Origin: Alphaproteobacteria bacterium
Lineage (GTDB): Bacteria; Pseudomonadota; Alphaproteobacteria; Rhodobacterales; Rhodobacteraceae
Length of the DNA: 64,000 nucleotides
Assembly: GCA_030424645.1 (NCBI GenBank)
Contig: JAUHWP010000002.1
Coordinates: forward strand, 4,741 to 68,740
Reading direction: 5' to 3'
Part shown: piece by piece, positions 62,865 to 64,000 of the stretch
How the letters are laid out: every line of letters begins with the position of its first letter
Position numbering within the stretch: the first letter of the stretch is position 1
Position numbers and translations under genes: made by a program
Notes under the pieces: model-generated
Databases searched by the model: none
Seen by the model: the letters and a program-made list of their open reading frames with translations, nothing else
Told to the model about the DNA's origin: nothing

Positions 62865-64000
62865 ATGTCACGCCAAGATCCCGACTTTTCGACCTATCAA
62901 CTCGCGGACCGATACGCGCGCCAGTCTGGCCGTGTCTTTCTGACCGGCACGCAGGCGCTGGTGCGTATCATGCTGGATCAGGCGCGGCGCGACCGGGCGT
63001 CGGGGCTGAACACGGCGGGGTTCATCTCGGGCTATCGCGGATCGCCTTTGGGTGGGCTGGATCTTGAGCTGTGGCGCGAGAAGACGCGCGTGGCCGATCA
63101 CAACATCACCTTCTTGCCAGCTGTGAACGAAGACCTTGGTGCCACCGCGGTTCTGGGCGCCCAACAGGCCAGCCTTGACCCGGATTGCGACGTCGAAGGC
63201 GTGTTTTCAATGTGGTATGGCAAAGGGCCGGGGGTGGACCGGTCGGGCGATGCGCTGAAGCATGGCAATGCCTACGGATCGGCCCCGAAAGGTGGGGTTC
63301 TGGTGGTGGCAGGCGACGATCATGGCTGTGTGTCTTCGTCGATGCCGCACCAATCCGATGTGGCCTTCATGTCGTGGTTCATGCCCACATTGAACCCCGC
63401 GTCAGTGGCGGAATATCTCGCCTTTGGTGAGTACGGCATTGCTCTGTCACGGTTCAGCGGCACGTGGGTCGGGTTCAAGGCGATCTCGGAAACGGTGGAA
63501 TCCGGTCAATCGGTCGAGCTGTTGCCAGATCGTCAGTTTACCTATCCCGAGATCGAGGTGCCGCCCGGCGGGTTGCATGTGCGGCTGGCTGACCTGCCCA
63601 GCCCTGAGATCGAGACGCGGATCGAACACAAGCTGAATGCCGTGCGCGCCTTTGTCGAAGCCAACCCGATTGACAAGGCGATCTATGACATCACTGACGC
63701 GACCTTCGGGTTCGTCACCACTGGCAAGGGGCACCTGGACCTGATGGAAGCCCTCCGCCTGCTTGGCGTGGACGAGGCCAGATGCCGTGCATTGGGCATC
63801 GACATCTACAAGATCGGCATGGTCTGGCCGCTGGACCGCCGCGATGCGTTGCAGTTTGTGCGCGGCAAGGCCGAGGTTCTGGTGGTCGAAGAAAAACGCG
63901 GCATCATCGAAAGCCAATTCAAGGAATATTTCTATGACTGGCCGGGCACCAAGCCAAAGCGGATGGTCGGCAAGTATGACAGTCAGGGTAATCCGCTGAT
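62865..64000 (+). CDS. indolepyruvate ferredoxin oxidoreductase family protein (fused IorA/IorB type), 5' part; runs off the window
   Basis: Hand translation from the ATG at 62865 (GGAG SD) is open to the window end: MSRQDPDFSTYQLADRYARQSGRVFLTGTQALVRIMLDQ...FISGYRGSPLGGLD...MWYGKGPGVDRSGDALKHGN.... This matches the large IOR-family N-terminus. It is not in the ORF track because no stop is reached. Confidence 0.85.
   Translation, partial: MSRQDPDFSTYQLADRYARQSGRVFLTGTQALVRIMLDQARRDRASGLNTAGFISGYRGSPLGGLDLELWREKTRVADHNITFLPAVNEDLGATAVLGAQQASLDPDCDVEGVFSMWYGKGPGVDRSGDALKHGNAYGSAPKGGVLVVAGDDHGCVSSSMPHQSDVAFMSWFMPTLNPASVAEYLAFGEYGIALSRFSGTWVGFKAISETVESGQSVELLPDRQFTYPEIEVPPGGLHVRLADLPSPEIETRIEHKLNAVRAFVEANPIDKAIYDITDATFGFVTTGKGHLDLMEALRLLGVDEARCRALGIDIYKIGMVWPLDRRDALQFVRGKAEVLVVEEKRGIIESQFKEYFYDWPGTKPKRMVGKYDSQGNPL

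Noticed and set aside
1-64000. Search for mobile elements, prophage, CRISPR, toxin-antitoxin or defence islands.
   Set aside because: I recognised no transposase, integrase, recombinase, phage structural, Cas or restriction-type proteins. There is no tRNA-flanked island, no long direct or inverted terminal repeats, and no extended region of atypical composition. Only short AT-rich promoter spacers stand out.

Overview
This window is a GC-rich, almost fully coding chromosomal segment that reads as core alphaproteobacterial housekeeping DNA. It looks Rhodobacterales-like; that is an inference from gene content and order (RpoE-ChrR pair, membrane-anchored cyt c_y-type cytochrome, yejABEF, TIGR02302-type protein, pyrB-pyrC', TPR-ispE). 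I call 64 protein genes:
- heme biosynthesis: hemE, hemC, hemF
- two thiolases and phaA-phaB
- clpS, and a PBP5-type carboxypeptidase fused to a SPOR domain
- the yejABEF importer, pheA, nudC, rsgA
- dnaX-ybaB-recR, argH-lysA, an MltB-like transglycosylase, tag
- ispB, ispE, ETF-QO, greA
- an RND efflux pair, moaB, a family-4 UDG
- pyrB/pyrC', plsY, ECF sigma/ChrR, and Lrp plus an indolepyruvate oxidoreductase that runs off the 3' end

I also call one ncRNA, the SRP/4.5S RNA, recognised from its invariant GGUCAGGUCCGGAAGGAAGCAGCC core, and a few intrinsic terminators. Many ORF-track starts were moved downstream to a start codon with a plausible SD, signal peptide or family-typical N-terminus.

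Three genes are missing from the ORF track:
- a 38-aa lipoprotein between argH and lysA
- a 55-aa DUF465 protein
- the open-ended ior-like gene at 62865

Most long unlisted ORFs in the track are antisense shadow ORFs of a high-GC genome. I saw no rRNA, tRNA, CRISPR array, transposase, integrase, prophage or recognisable defence or toxin module, and no sign of an accessory island. I therefore cannot point to a convincing novel system.

The more interesting observations are:
- an identical 17-nt leader element in front of hemE and lysA
- an argH-lipoprotein-lysA-TIGR02302 gene string ending in a large low-complexity membrane protein of unknown function
- a PH-like membrane protein wedged between pyrB and a degenerate (probably non-catalytic) pyrC'
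- a eukaryote-like CX5R phosphatase between ffs/rsgA and dnaX
- an SDR lacking the catalytic Lys
- a candidate autoregulatory ECF promoter that constrains the sigma-factor start

All functional calls come from recognising motifs and families by eye; no database search was run.
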